DNA of 63,747 nucleotides, filler included, from Rhabdomonas costata (taxonomy: Eukaryota), in the NCBI GenBank assembly GCA_019059605.1. It is 35 parts of 35 records of this genome, joined end to end, with 100 filler letters (N's around TTAATTAATTAA, not from the genome) between each part and the next. Parts side by side here need not be neighbours in the genome. Positions count along the whole stretch, not along the records: positions 1 to 1,725 come from JAHMHO010010031.1; positions 1,826 to 3,546 come from JAHMHO010010032.1; positions 3,647 to 5,371 come from JAHMHO010010033.1; positions 5,472 to 7,196 come from JAHMHO010010034.1; positions 7,297 to 9,025 come from JAHMHO010010035.1; positions 9,126 to 10,850 come from JAHMHO010010036.1; positions 10,951 to 12,675 come from JAHMHO010010037.1; 28 more parts are not named here. One strand, written 5' to 3'. Of the stretch, positions 1-11,511 are shown piece by piece. The translations under genes and the position numbers were made by a program. Numbering within the stretch: position 1 is the first letter of the stretch; each line of letters opens with the position of its first letter. The notes beneath the pieces are model-generated. The model searched no databases. It saw only the letters and a program-made list of their open reading frames with translations, and had not been told where the DNA came from.

Positions 1-405
1 TGTGGTTTTTGACTGGCCGGTTTGGCGCTATGGTGCTTGGTAGGGATCGTGGCTCCCTCTGAGACTAGGCTTGCCGGAAGTTTGACACCGAATTAAAACA
101 GAGGACACCGCAGACCGACAGGGTTTTATCCATAGATCATGACAGATCGTTGTGGTCACCTGGCGGCATAAATGCAACGGGCCGAATTATTGATTTGAGG
201 TTAGTCCTCGGCCAGATAGGATTTCCTCCAAGCCATTCTAACGGCATACCAAGACTTATTTTTTTGACATTTCCAAGCGCAGGTATTTTTGGACGGTATC
301 TTGAGGTTACGGGGTGGGGAAGGGGGGTGAAGATGACGAAAGCTTCACACGAAGCAAGCGAGAGAAAAAGAAACGGCCGGAGGGTCTTTGTATGATTGTT
401 TGCAG

Positions 406-1392
406 CCAACCCGACCTGTGGCGGTAGTGGTGTTGTATGCCCGCCGGTGCTCATCGTGGTCGCGCCGAGCACTGTGTGTACCAACCTGAGCTGCGACCAG
501 GTGGACTGCTGCACTGGTGTGGAACCCATCCGAGACGGGGAGTGAGCTTTCCCGGGTTCAAGCGCGGTCCGTTGGCCGGCGATTGGGTTCGATGCCCTTG
601 ATTGTTTACCCCCCCCCCCTTCCTCCCGCACACACAAACGCGCGCACTATCCTAGGAACGACTGCCTCACTTTGTTCTGAGAGAGATTGAAATTAGGGAA
701 TGCAGGACGCCCTGCTGGAAGTGCCGGTGTACTTTTTTTTTGGTGTGGGTATGCAGGCTCGCTGTCGTCCGAGGCCAGTGGAGTGATCAACGTCATTCTT
801 CTCACGGTATGCCTGTGTTAGCGTCGAGCTGAGTCAGGGTGGAGGTTGGTGCGAAACTGCACCAAGGAGCCGTTCCTTCTCTTGTGTACCTGGAGGGGTT
901 CAGTGGTGAAATCTCTGGAAGTGGCGGTGGGGGCAGGGCTGACGAGTAGATGGCAATGTCGCAGTCTTCCAAAGGCAGGAAATCCACCGTGAGCCTGTCC
1001 CGGTATTCGTCGACAGGGCCAACCCTTCTCGTCTATTGGATGGTTGCCTGATTGGTTTGACTTTGCGTGTGCTTGTGCGCCTGGTTGCGGTGAAATCCTG
1101 TTGCATCAGGGACGGTTCACAGAGTAAGGCCTGAAGAGAACAGGAAGCTTTTTTCGAGCCGAAAAAGGCAGATATGGACATCACAGGGATCGGGGCTTCT
1201 TAAAACCGCGGTTTGATGTGCCGCTGAGGTTTTCAGAAACATCCGCCCAGCAACTCAGCCCCCTCGGGAAGTCGGCGGGTTGGGGTGGAACAACAGCAAT
1301 GCCTGTGTGCCTGCGTGCAGGACTGCACCACCGGGATCACCCCACTCCAATTCCAGCAGATGATTGCGAACGCCACCGGTCTTCCTGTGGAG
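406..1392 (+). CDS. Partial multi-exon Cys-rich, probably surface/secreted protein
   Basis: Phase-consistent AG/GT exons 406-516, 757-806, 1321-1392: NPTCGGSGVVCPPVLIVVAPSTVCTNLSCDQVDCCT / GSLSSEASGVINVILLT / DCTTGITPLQFQQMIANATGLPVE. Confidence 0.55.
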
Positions 1393-1725
1393 GTTGGCGC
1401 CTTTCGGTCGCTCAACTTACCGCCGTTTTTTCTGCGTTATCAAGTAAGCTGTGTCCCCGTTCTCGATCCACGCTGTAGCAGAGTGGATAAAATTGATCTC
1501 GAATTTGGGCAAGGAGCACACATAGCACACACAACCTCACACCCTCCGAAAGTCACAAACACATATACCGTAAAAGGCTGTTGTGATTCTTCGCTGGGAG
1601 TGCTCTTCGGTGCTTGTGGTGTTCACGGTGTTGGGGGCAGCACGTTTACTGTTGTCGATGATGCGGACACCGACATGGAATTGACACTTTCCATTACTGC
1701 GCCGCCTGTAGCTCTCCCACACCCC

Positions 1726-1825
1726 NNNNNNNNNNNNNNNNNNNNNNNNNNNNNNNNNNNNNNNNNNNNTTAATTAATTAANNNNNNNNNNNNNNNNNNN
1801 NNNNNNNNNNNNNNNNNNNNNNNNN
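1726..1825. other. Artificial contig spacer (first of 34)
   Basis: N44-TTAATTAATTAA-N44 (stops in all six frames). It recurs about every 1.82 kb, e.g. at 3547, 5372, 7197, 9026, 10851 ... 60102, 61925. Contigs are 1721-1732 bp. Confidence 0.99.
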
Positions 1826-2709
1826 GGGGGGGGGGGGGGTTGCGGTTCGAGGGGTTCCTGTACTTCAGTGAATCGGAAGAGCAACCACCACAAAAAAAGA
1901 CTCAAGGCCTCCGGCCTACACAACGAGACAACCACAGCACAGAGGGAAGTAGAAAAAAAGTAAGGAGTGCAGAGAGAAGAGCGCTTCTGCGCACACGAGT
2001 GGGCAAAGCCAGCGGTGATCTTCGCATTCAAACATTGGACGAAACGAAGAGCGGTTGGGAACGGATCCGTCTCTTGAGATTGCAGCATACTTCGAGCCAT
2101 GATAGATAGTTGCGCAAAAACCCTCGACAAGCCAGAAAACAAAATGATGCAACATAAGTAAGTCAGGCCACTTGAGGTTGGGACTTCGCATCAGAAATGA
2201 CATGCTGCAATAACGATGAGATGGAGCTGTTAAATCCAAACATCAATCAATGTCCTGGGTCCGAAGTCCGGCAAGGCAGCGGAGAACAGTAGAGAGCGGA
2301 AGAATGGAGGAAGTAAGAGCAGTAAGAAAACACAGAAGAAGAGAAAAGGAATGCGAGATACCACGCCCCACCAAATCCCGAGGCTGAGGCGTTTCGCGTA
2401 ACAGGTGGTAGAGGTGCGCACAAGGGGAAAAACCGAAGGGGGGAGCCCACATCAAACGTGGATTGGTGTGAGGTGGGCACGCCATTGAGGGGAGTGATAT
2501 GCACACGAAAAAGAGAATGGAGAACTCTGGAAACAACTCCAAACTACAGTACTGACGCGATCTAAGCTAAAAGTGACTGTGCAAAAGCCACGATAAAAGG
2601 GACCCACCGGAGATGCAGCTCGGTTATCAAAGTCAAGGAGTAGACAGGTAATCAGAATCACCAAGCACTCGGAGCGCTGCAAGCTTGCGGCAGCTCACGA
2701 ACTGCAGGA

Positions 2710-3399
2710 TCAAAGCAGCTTCACGAGTGGTGTCCCAACACTGGACAGAGATGGCGAAGGTGGAGCCCGCACAGCCCCACTGACTTCCACGTGAACGGAA
2801 ACGTCAGGGGGCTCGCTCGGGGTAACCTGCAACAGCGGCGGGCACCCCAAAAACCGCGCAGCCGACCCGCGAACAGCCCACTTCCCAGACCAGCTCTTGG
2901 GCTGCAGGTTGAAGAACCACTCCCCACTCAACTCCACCTCCCCACACGGAAGCCCTTCTCGAAGAGGAATCGTCCCCTCCGCTCGCAGCTCAAGCACCCA
3001 CTGGTGCTCCGGAACATCGCTTCTCCACTTAGGGTCGCGATATCGCTTGTGCAGGGCCAGCTTCACCACAAGTCCCTCCGAGGTTGGGGATGGGGCGACC
3101 GAGGCCCACCCGGTATGCGTGAAGTCCCCAACGGTGTCCTTCCCCGTTCCGCTGACCCGGTACAAGTTGGGCTGCTCCGGGGCAAACGTAAGCGCCATGT
3201 TCACAGCATGGCTGCGCCCTTGCTGCCAAAACTCCCCCTCCACCGCCACCTCGGCAGCAACCGCGGCTAAGGGGGTCCCCGAGAGGCTTGAGAAGCCCAC
3301 CCACTCCTGGCGAGCCTGGTCAAAATCTGTTCCGGTGGCACCGGACCTTGAGAGGAAGAAGAACGGCAGCAGCAGCAGCGCCGGAACAAAGGTAACCAT
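2710..3399 (-). CDS. Secreted uncharacterised beta-rich protein
   Basis: ATG at 3399 and signal-like MVTFVPALLLLPFFFLSRSGA, then GTGKDTVGDFTHTG...KRY...SGEW...SGKW. The 3' end is uncertain (may splice near 2845). Confidence 0.65.
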   Translation of the reverse strand: MVTFVPALLLLPFFFLSRSGATGTDFDQARQEWVGFSSLSGTPLAAVAAEVAVEGEFWQQGRSHAVNMALTFAPEQPNLYRVSGTGKDTVGDFTHTGWASVAPSPTSEGLVVKLALHKRYRDPKWRSDVPEHQWVLELRAEGTIPLREGLPCGEVELSGEWFFNLQPKSWSGKWAVRGSAARFLGCPPLLQVTPSEPPDVSVHVEVSGAVRAPPSPSLSSVGTPLVKLL

Positions 3400-3665
3400 C
3401 GATTGCGAAAGAAAAAGAGCACGATTAAGAGCACGACTCCGCAGGGAATAGCGATGGCAAACCCAATGCACACTCCGTTGCAGGGACCACCGTGGGCCCC
3501 AAACATCCCCAAACCCGCAACCCTATTGCTGCCACCCCCCCACACCNNNNNNNNNNNNNNNNNNNNNNNNNNNNNNNNNNNNNNNNNNNNTTAATTAATT
3601 AANNNNNNNNNNNNNNNNNNNNNNNNNNNNNNNNNNNNNNNNNNNNTTGTGTGTGGGTGTGTGTG

Positions 3666-5279
3666 ACGTTGGGCCCTTAGCGCGTTGGGTGAAGCGTTGG
3701 CTGCTGGGTCGGTCCTCTGCCAATCCCTTGGCTTCTATAAGAGCTTCTGACGTGGCTGGGAGAAGTTCGCTGGATGGTGCAAAGCATTCGCTTGATGACA
3801 GGGGTGCCGGGGTGATGCTCTCTGGTCTCTGGTCTGGACGTGCGCGCATCCATTGCTTGACCGACTTTAATCAATATGAACCGGACACTCCCAACCACCA
3901 AACGACATAGTCTGAACGACCCTCAACGGCACGCGCTGTTGGGAGATTGCTGCTGCTGCGGCAGCATGTGTTTCCCATTCGAGCCGCCATATAGGGATGT
4001 GCGCCAGTAGGTAAGGAAGTGGGAGGAGCGGCACTGTCCAGGTTTCCTCCATCTCTGAAATAAAATCTGCTTCCGTCTTCCGTTGTTGACGACAGCACAT
4101 GTGGAATGACGGCCTCTTTCAATCCAAAAAAAAAACAAAGTGCTCTGTCGCCCCTCTTCTCTGTGCTCACCTCGCATCTTCTGGCTTCTCTCAACCCTCC
4201 CCCCCCCCCAAAAAAAGGGCGTACTTTGGGGAGGTAATCTCCTTCGGCATCAGCGGCATCACGTGAGCCAGGGAGATCTACGAGCCGCAGACACGTCGAA
4301 GCCGAAAGCCAATGCAAACATACCACACAATACGAACGGAGCACCATCGCTAAGACACAGACAGTATACCGAGAACCGACAAGCAAGGGGGTCGGTCACC
4401 AAACAAATGATGCCCACCAGTAATCTTCGGGGTAGTAATGAGAAAACATGTGGGAAGCGGCAGCATACGATGTTTTGCTGCACAGAGCGCAGCTCACGGC
4501 TCCCGTGGGCGTAGACGCACCGCGCACCGTACGGGCATTCCTTGTTGCTGGAGTAGTTTCTGAGGAAACGGTTAAGGGGAGGGGGCACATTGCTGCTTCA
4601 AACACATAACATGGCAGACCCGGTCCACAGCGCTCGATCACGCATTTTAGCTCACCCCCACAACAATGGCTTATGTAATGATATGATAACACATAGAAAT
4701 ATCACACAGAAATCCAAAGAAAGCCCAAAAATCTCGCCGTTACGCTTCCAACGACAGAAGGGCTACGGTTGGGTGCGCTCTGTGTAGAGCAGCATTCCAC
4801 CGAACAAGTGTTGCCCAGTAATAACCAAAAATTGCTCGACACGGGGAGAAATTCATCCCGCATTGTTGCTCTCCTCTCCTAATGTTCGTAATTATCGGGG
4901 ATCGTGCCGTCGTTAGGTGTGACGCGATGCTGAAAGATGGGGTGGATGGGCGTGACTGCAGGTGAAAAATTGCAAGGTCGCACCGACATAACACGCTCTT
5001 GTAACGCTGTGGATCCAACGAGGCCTCCTCGTCGTCGGTCTGGGTGGACCGGTTGTGCACATGCCGCTCTACTCGTGTCGTCACCACCGCACGTGGGACC
5101 TCGGCATCTTGAGATGCCAGAGAGCCCTCCTGGAAAAACCAAAAACGAGAACCAGCACACAACTTGTGCGGAACCTAAATGCAATCTCGTTCTCTGTGGG
5201 AGGCATATCAATGGTCTCCAACTTGTTCGATTAGCCCAGAATGCTTCGCATTAGCTTTGGGGATGTCAGGAGAAGCCAT
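3666..5279 (-). CDS. CCCH (TIS11/ZC3H-type) zinc finger RNA-binding protein, 5' part
   Basis: Exons 5279-5223, 5129-4984, 4559-4469 and three further phase-consistent exons. Joined motif: DPQRYKSVLCRNYSSNKECPYGARCVYAHGSRELR (C-x8-C-x5-C-x3-H). Confidence 0.9.
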
Positions 5280-5477
5280 GGAAGCTATGAAGAAGACAGA
5301 AGACAGATCTCTTCCTCAGGGGTTACCTTTTCACGCCGTCCAAGTGGGGAGCATATGGGCACCAAACACAANNNNNNNNNNNNNNNNNNNNNNNNNNNNN
5401 NNNNNNNNNNNNNNNTTAATTAATTAANNNNNNNNNNNNNNNNNNNNNNNNNNNNNNNNNNNNNNNNNNNNGCCAAC

Positions 5478-6079
5478 CTTGGGGAAAATCCATACGGGCA
5501 CAGCCGCCTGACAACATCGACCCAGCTCAGGTGGGGATGCCGCCGCCGCAGCGCCTGGGCGGCGCTGTTCCACTGCTCCAGCAAAGGCCCAGCCGCCGCC
5601 ACCGCACTGGCAGCCGGGGTTCCCTGCGAATCGATCAGCCGTGGTGGTGGGATGGGGCTGCTCGGAAGACCCTCGACAGGATCCTCCTGCATCCTCCGCA
5701 ACCCAAACTGGCGACCACAGGACCAGGCACAACCGTGAGCAAAGCACGAAAGAACGGTGGAGAAAAGACGACAAACGGAACGAGCCTCTGCCCAGAAACT
5801 CACGGCGGCGACCAGGGAAGTGCACACCCCCACAAAGAATTGCTGTAGGGGTGGGAAGCGCGAGGGGAGTCCAAAAACAAACTTCTGTCCCATATTCCTC
5901 TGGTCTTCCCAGACTCACACACGGAACCGCAGAAGGGAAGGGCTGCAAAAGGTCATTGGTGAGTGTATATTCGGGGCCAAGGCAGCAAGATCAAAAGAGG
6001 GCTGGTGCAACCTCCCCCTACCAAACTCCCCAGTGCAGCTCACAAGAAGATTCACCTCATCGGTAACCGTTTGAGAGCA

Positions 6080-6114
<35 letters not shown>

Positions 6115-7176
6115 AGGCAGTGCTGACGCTCTCTGAGGTTGCTTCAGCTTCCTTCAAATGAAACCAAAACACTAAAAAGAGCGATTTTTGTGAGTGCAGA
6201 GATATGTAATCATCCCTAACCCCAGTGATTTGGTGGTGCAAAGCCCAATATGGAAGGTGGGAGAGGGATGGGGAGATCGATGGTACCGGAGCCCGCATCG
6301 CAGGAACGTCCTGTGCCACAGGGCGAGCTTCGGGGCCAGAGGGTTGCCTCGAAGGCGCGGAGGCCGATGCCAGCGAACTCGACGAACTTGTCGAGGTGGG
6401 CCTCTGAGGAAACCCACACTCAGTGCGAAGGGAACTGAAGTGGAGGACAAAAAGGTATTTAAAACAGATATGGGTAGCGCGAGGCCAGAGGATGGGTTCG
6501 CTTTGCTAACCTTGGGCTTCCTGAGCTGGTTCACCCCCTTCATGATGCCCGAGCGGTGCTTGTTGCTGTGCCAACGCCGGTCTAAGAAACGTACATAGAG
6601 GGGTGGCGGCATATCAAGCCTGAGAACTGACAGAAAACATGCATAATTTGCATTCAATTAAATTGAACATCTGCAAAATATGAAAATTTTGAAAGGTGAA
6701 CAAAAAGAAAAAATGTTCTGACTGCCTCCCTTCCGGATGACGCAACAGCAAAAGCATAGGTTTCTCTTGGTAACCTCTGTGTGACATAATTTTTTTGTTG
6801 CAAAACTTAGCAAAATTCTCGTTGCAGGGCTAACATAGGAAAATTTCCTGACATCTAGTATAAAAAAGCAAGTTTGACGCGACCGCAAAAAAAATTAGAC
6901 ACGCCGGGAGGTGTCGGGCGTCAGGTGCCCTATTGCGGTATTGTCGCACTTAAGCATGCTGGCATGCCACACACATTTTTTCTTTTTCTCAATTAACCTG
7001 CAACATCGATCTCCCTCTAAAACTCTCTTTGAAAGAAAAAAGAAGGAAGTCTTGCATCAGGCAAGGTCAAAACTCACAGGAGGCACACACACTGTGCTTC
7101 TTTCCAGATTCTTCGAAGAAGTAGTAGGGGTACTTTTGAGCGCAGTGCTGCACAAAGGTGTCATAGCCTTCACCAT
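5478..7176 (-). CDS. Hypothetical protein, about 5 internal exons
   Basis: AG/GT-bounded segments join in frame: DGEGYDTFVQHCAQKYPYYFF...PPLYVRFLDRRWHSNKHRSG...EAEATSESVSTACSSSSSSSSS...LLEQWNSAAQALRRRHPHLSW. No family recognised. Confidence 0.5.
6085..6113. repeat. (CTG)n trinucleotide repeat
   Basis: tgctgctgc... run; encodes poly-Ser in the minus-strand exon. Confidence 0.9.
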
Positions 7177-7296
7177 CTGCGAAACCACCCACAAAANNNN
7201 NNNNNNNNNNNNNNNNNNNNNNNNNNNNNNNNNNNNNNNNTTAATTAATTAANNNNNNNNNNNNNNNNNNNNNNNNNNNNNNNNNNNNNNNNNNNN

Positions 7297-7701
7297 TCTC
7301 TTAGGGTGAAGGCGGAGCTGTTCACCGCGTCATTCCTTCGGGGAGCCCACGAAGAGGCGCAGTCCCTGACCACGGAGATCACTAACCCCATTGAGACCCA
7401 CACCGCGCTCCCCAGCCAAAGCAAGTGCATCCATCCTTCGCAAAGAAAAATCATTTTTAAATACAATTGTCCCCGTTCTGCCCCCTGGTGCTGTTTTTCT
7501 GGATTGTCTTTAAAAATGATTTTTGTTTGCGAAGGATGGATGCACTTGCTTTGGCTGGGGATGGGATGGGTTCTCTCTCTTTCTCTCTCTTAGGGTGAAG
7601 GCGGAGCTGTTCACCGCGTCATTCCTTCGGGGAGCCCACGAAGAGGCGCAGTCCCTGACCACGGAGACCACAAACCCCATTGAGACCCACACCGCGCTCC
7701 C
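7297..7701 (+). repeat. 116-bp direct duplication enclosing a 58-bp inverted repeat
   Basis: 7297-7412 matches 7586-7701 with 2 mismatches. Inverted arms 7410-7467 and 7503-7560 have 2 mismatches and a 35-nt spacer. Confidence 0.95.
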
Positions 7702-7772
7702 GCTGTTTGACGCGTACTGCCGCCAGACTCTCCTGGACAACATCCTCCGCGGCGGGTGGCCCGTGCTGTTGG
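7594..7772 (+). CDS. Exon of GH161-like beta-1,3-glucan phosphorylase
   Basis: Polypyrimidine-TAG acceptor and GTAGG donor. Peptide ...IETHTALPLFDAYCRQTLLDNILRGGWPVLLG matches the FDxYxRQxxLDNxLRGGxP motif I recall for GH161. Confidence 0.7.
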
Positions 7773-8727
7773 GTAGGCTTCGCCCCCCAACACACACAAG
7801 GCTAGTGTCTGGGGTGTGACAAAGAAGGCGCAACGGCAGGGCGAGCTTGAATGCACGTGTGCGCATCGGGGAAACACATCTGTTGCGCACACATAGATAC
7901 CCACAATTATAGAGTGATGTTGTGGCGCGGCAACCGGACGCCGGTGGTGCTGCCCGAAGAAAAATCTCAAAGGGTCAAAGGGACAAAAGTCCGGAGCCTT
8001 GGCGACCCGAGCAGATATAAAGCAGTGTGGGTGGCCGTTGGAAGAGAGCAGCTGCGCGACAAAGCTACAAAGGCCCGGGACCCGTGGGAAGAAGGGAGGT
8101 CACCACATGTTGAACGTTCGGCGGTGAGTAGGTACCCCAGGGGTCATTCGCTCCAACGGTACCTCTCGGAAGCCATCAGCGCGTGCGCCCATCATGATGG
8201 AGTGAGGGGAGAGAGACCAACGAAATGGCCTCTGATTAGCTCTTCCTCTATTTTGAGTGTGTGTTCGTGTGTGTTTATAGACGTCCACGGCTGAAGCAAC
8301 TTAGCCTGGACAATGGTCGCCCCCTTGTGGGTGCCCGGTTGCCCCGTGCAAACTGCGCGTGAGTGTAGTTGCATATGTGGGGTGTGGGGTTGGTGTAGGT
8401 GAAGGGTTTGGGTAGGTGCGGGGTGTTTGTACTTTTCAGGGGATTCGGAGAAGCCCCACGTCTATGCTCTCTACTCCCGCAAGCACGGCGATCTGGAGCG
8501 GGACTACAACGCCTATGTGATCTCTCCAGAGCCCTACTCACACGTGATGCCCCCACCCCCCGACTCCCATCACTGCTTCTAATTGGCGTTTTGAGTGAGC
8601 ACCAGGTTTGGCTATGTCACCAGTGTCACTTCTTCACCCCATATGAGCGGGCATCTCTTTTTCCATCACTGTTGTTGGCTTCAGTGATTCACTTGGTGTT
8701 GCTCAGCCGCTATTGGAGGAAGCTGAT

Positions 8728-8728
<1 letters not shown>

Positions 8729-8765
<37 letters not shown>
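8729..8765. repeat. (CA)n microsatellite
   Basis: About 18 CA units. Confidence 0.95.
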
Positions 8766-8767
<2 letters not shown>

Positions 8768-9025
8768 CCGTTCCCTATACGAAGCCCTGAACGTGCAACC
8801 CGGTTCCTCCATAACGGCGATACGGGCTGCCGGGAGGAGAACAGCCCTCGAGTGTCACCCCGACAAATGCCCCGGCAACGAGGAGCTGGCCACAGAGGTG
8901 TTCAAGGCAGTGCGTCAGGCCCAAGAGACCCTCGAAGATCCAGCGAAGCGAAAGAAATACGACGCACGACGGACCGCATCGACAAGGGCAGAAACAGAAC
9001 GAAGCCCAGCAACCGCCCAACCACA
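8766..9025 (+). CDS. DnaJ (J) domain, start unresolved, truncated by contig end
   Basis: SLYEALNVQPGSSITAIRAAGRRTALECHPDKCPGNEELATEVFKAVRQAQETLEDPAKRKKYD, with the HPD motif. Confidence 0.85.
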
Positions 9026-9694
9026 NNNNNNNNNNNNNNNNNNNNNNNNNNNNNNNNNNNNNNNNNNNNTTAATTAATTAANNNNNNNNNNNNNNNNNNN
9101 NNNNNNNNNNNNNNNNNNNNNNNNNGTTGTTTTGGACTGTTGCAGGCCTGCATGCTGTTTCCAGGTTTCTGCCGGGCATGGTTAGCGCACGCAAGGGAAG
9201 GAGAGAAGAGCCCAGGACTGTTGCATACCGGCACCGGAGTGTTCTTGTATGCTTCCGTTTACAGTTGCTCTTGTGGCCATTTTAGGGTCTTTTGTGAAGG
9301 CCTCTTTGCGGCTACATGGCCCATGGGCAGAGATTTTTCCCGGGGCTAATTTGCATACTTTAGGGTCACAGAGCCACAGAACCACATGTGTACCACAGAA
9401 TCCGTCGGGATGCTCCTGTTTGCTGGTTACTTGTAGGTTTTTCGATCCCGTTTCATATTGGGTGACTTTTTGAGTGGGGGATTACTGACCCTTGTGTGGG
9501 GGATTACTGACGAGGCAGCCAACATCTTCGACTTTCACCGAAGACTCTTCGCTTGCCTGATCTCCACCTCTGTTGTTGCGAAGGCTTTTTGCCGTCACTA
9601 AGCTTCAGACATGAACAGCAAAAGACGCGCTTGTCGCTTTTGCACGAGTCGCATACGTCTCAACTTGTGCTGGCACTCTCACCTACACCTACAG

Positions 9695-10311
9695 GATTGC
9701 CAGGACCGAGCTCCATCGATTACCAGCATGCCCCTGCCCAAGGTAGTCGCGGATTGCTGGTCCAGCGCGTCCATGGCTGACTCCGGCCTGCTGAACGTCA
9801 AACACAGCCGAAGCTCCCTGAACGACAGGTGGCAAAGGAGGGCGGGCTGTTCGTTGTGAGGGCTGTTCGTTTTGTTACCAGTCTGTCTTAGAACTAAAAT
9901 TGCGCCGAGACGAAAGCGCTTTTTCCACACTTGCCACCCACAGATGAGGCTCAATTGTCCCAAGGAGCTCGTTTTCAAGCGGTAAAACTGGTGAAAAGGT
10001 GAGGCAGAATTGCAACCTCTCCTCGTGCCCTTTGGTGTCGTTTTTCAGCAGGCTTCTTCATTAGTAATAAGCATAGCATATGCTTCACCAAGATCTACCG
10101 TAGTGAACCACTAGGATGAGCTATTTTATGGAGCAGCGCTTGTCTTTGCAGCTTCCTGGTCCGCTCACCAATCATTGAGAGTGGCTGCTCCCTGCTCAAC
10201 CGCTCCCGTGGAGACTCCGACGAGACCCCCAACCGGGTGCTCTTCCCCGATCTGCCCACCGTCAGCGCCCCTCTGGAGTCCACGGAGAACCCGGAGGATG
10301 CCGCACCGTAA
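9695..10311 (+). CDS. Last two exons of a hypothetical protein
   Basis: Exons 9695-9828 and 10152-10311 join in phase (GAC AG|C TTC) and end ...ENPEDAAP-TAA. Confidence 0.55.
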
Positions 10312-11511
10312 CAGACTCACCATCCCAACCCTCACCATCACACCACCTTAGCTCGCTCTGCATTCACTTTCACCTCCCTTGCAATGCTTCCGAGTCCTTC
10401 CCAACACCCTTTGATACCCCCGACCTTCATTCTACCTACCTCTCCCAACCGCAACCAACCCCATGAGCCAGTGCCGACCTCATCAGCGGTCAGCCTCGTT
10501 TCCGACGGTATTGGCTGACGCGTGCTCCAGATGTCTGGGCGAATGGGGGTAGACTGCCCTTTGGCTTATATAGCAGGACGGACCTCTGCAGGACAACGAC
10601 TGCGCGAAGTACTCTGTAGTCTCTCTCATGTTGGAAATTCCCCGCACAATGGACGCCCCCTCTTTTGAGGGTGTGTTGAGCTTCTCACCCAGCCCCCTCT
10701 TCTCTTTCTCCGTGCGCCCCTTTCCCTCTCTTTCTCTCTGCCTCTTTCTATGCTGTTCGTCCTCGCCGTGTAAGATATTGGCATTCCTGTACAGGTTGTG
10801 TGTTCCCTCCTTCATCTTTGCTTTGCCTCTGCTGCTGTAACCCCCACACCNNNNNNNNNNNNNNNNNNNNNNNNNNNNNNNNNNNNNNNNNNNNTTAATT
10901 AATTAANNNNNNNNNNNNNNNNNNNNNNNNNNNNNNNNNNNNNNNNNNNNACGCGAGGTATTCTCTCTGTGAGTGTGTCTGGGGTGGGAAGACAGCGTAC
11001 CTTTTTTTCCCCGCTCAACAATGACAACAACAAACTTCTTCCAAGCAGCACTCTTGTCTTTCTCCATTTCTTTCCCATCAGCAGAAGAGCAATGCCTTTT
11101 CCAGAGGCAGACCCTTCTTTAAAATATCGCAATAACACTTTGGCGAACTCTAGGATGTACGGAGGATAACGTTGTAGTTGTGAACAACTTCCATGTAAAA
11201 GTGTCGCAAATTCGATTTTCACCCAAAAGCATCATAGTCGTGGCTTATGAAAGGACTCGTATTCTGGGCATTTATCGGGCACTTGGCAACGCCAAGAGTC
11301 CCGGCTGCTGGCGCTTTTGGCACAAACATTCGTGAAGAAAGCGTATTCTCCCGATATATGCAAAACAGACAAGTTTTTTCCGTCAAGAAACCCCGGGAAA
11401 GTAAAAAAGTGTCATGTTTTGTACATTCGGTACCATTGGCAAGCGCAGCTTTCTCTGTTCGCCAATGAAAGTGTTCACCGCAAAACTTGTGTCCTCGGTG
11501 TTTGAGGTCAG

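Noticed and set aside
540-600. tRNA suggested by GGTTCGA
   Set aside because: No acceptor stem or cloverleaf can be formed.
3400-3425. Relic spliced leader (GTGCTCTTTTTCTTTCG) before the ATG
   Set aside because: Similarity to a euglenid SL 3' end lies mostly in T runs and cannot be told from a polypyrimidine tract.
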